Part shown: one piece after another, positions 63,781 to 64,000 of the stretch
Layout: each line of letters begins with the position of its first letter
How positions within the stretch are numbered: position 1 is the stretch's first letter
Assembly (NCBI GenBank): GCA_029210725.1
Contig: JARGFM010000005.1
Location: forward strand, 89,805 to 153,804
Reading direction: 5' to 3'
Origin: Bacteroidales bacterium
Lineage (GTDB): Bacteria; Bacteroidota; Bacteroidia; Bacteroidales; GCA-2748055
Length of the DNA stretch: 64,000 nucleotides
Position numbers and translations under genes: made by a program
Notes under the pieces: model-generated
Told to the model about the DNA's origin: nothing
The model's input: only the letters and a program-made list of their open reading frames with translations
Databases searched by the model: none

Positions 63781-64000
63781 TGGGGCATAGAATTACATAC
63801 AGCTTCCAGGTCATGTTTGTTACGGCACTTCTTCTGATTTCCTCCTGTACGGAGCGAATTGATATTGAACTCGATTCCACCTATCAGCGTCTGGTGGTGG
63901 AAGGAGTGCTGACTTCCGATTCGGTCAGGCACTATGTTCTTCTATCCGTCACCAGTGATTACTTTTCCAATCAGCCTGCTACACCACTCAGCCATACTGT
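63780..64000 (+). CDS. DUF4249-like lipoprotein (N-terminal fragment; continues past window)
   Basis: The ATG at 63780 overlaps the receptor stop by 1 nt. The lipobox LLISSCTE is followed by IELDSTYQRLVVEGVLTSD, typical of the DUF4249 partner of this receptor subclass. It is not in the ORF track because it is truncated. Confidence 0.6.
   Translation, partial: MGHRITYSFQVMFVTALLLISSCTERIDIELDSTYQRLVVEGVLTSDSVRHYVLLSVTSDYFSNQPATPLSHT

Overview
This is a 64-kb chromosomal segment that looks like a Bacteroidota genome. The inference rests on a complete Bat (Bacteroides aerotolerance) operon, a TonB-dependent receptor/DUF4249 pair, TTTG/TAnnTTTG-type promoters, many lipoprotein-signal exported enzymes, and a fused E1 alpha/beta 2-oxoacid dehydrogenase. 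The window is tightly packed with about 57 protein genes, mostly housekeeping. From left to right these are: a glycan-degradation cluster (GH2, GH130, TIM-barrel isomerase); a TPR-ComA-DUF368-aroE operon; truA; moxR-DUF58-batABCDE; prfC; an exported CotH-kinase operon; a C69 dipeptidase, ltaE and queA; RNase P RNA; kdsA, rarA and a relA-like gene; an SOS-type mutagenesis cassette (HTH-S24 repressor, Y-family polymerase, dnaE2) with Lon-N and SRAP genes; BCKDH E2/E1; fldA; leuA. I saw no rRNA, tRNA, CRISPR array, transposase, integrase or phage genes. The most interesting signal is at about 52.78-53.21 kb: a roughly 425-nt unit running from promoter to terminator, with no credible ORF but many tetraloop-capped and long-range helices. 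This is a candidate unannotated structured RNA, and it sits in the only AT-rich, accessory-looking gap of the window. Secondary items are listed here. (1) A pair of 17-bp palindromic operators sits on the two divergent promoters of the mutagenesis cassette. (2) A four-gene translationally coupled operon encodes only exported proteins: two CotH kinases, a beta-helix lipoprotein and a DUF2490 barrel. (3) A membrane/GAF/PAS sensor is split by a single in-frame TGA, lacks any kinase output, and lies next to an orphan receiver. (4) An orphan 308-aa protein has a two-fold Rossmann-like repeat. All functional calls come from reading the translations and motifs by eye. No database search was possible.
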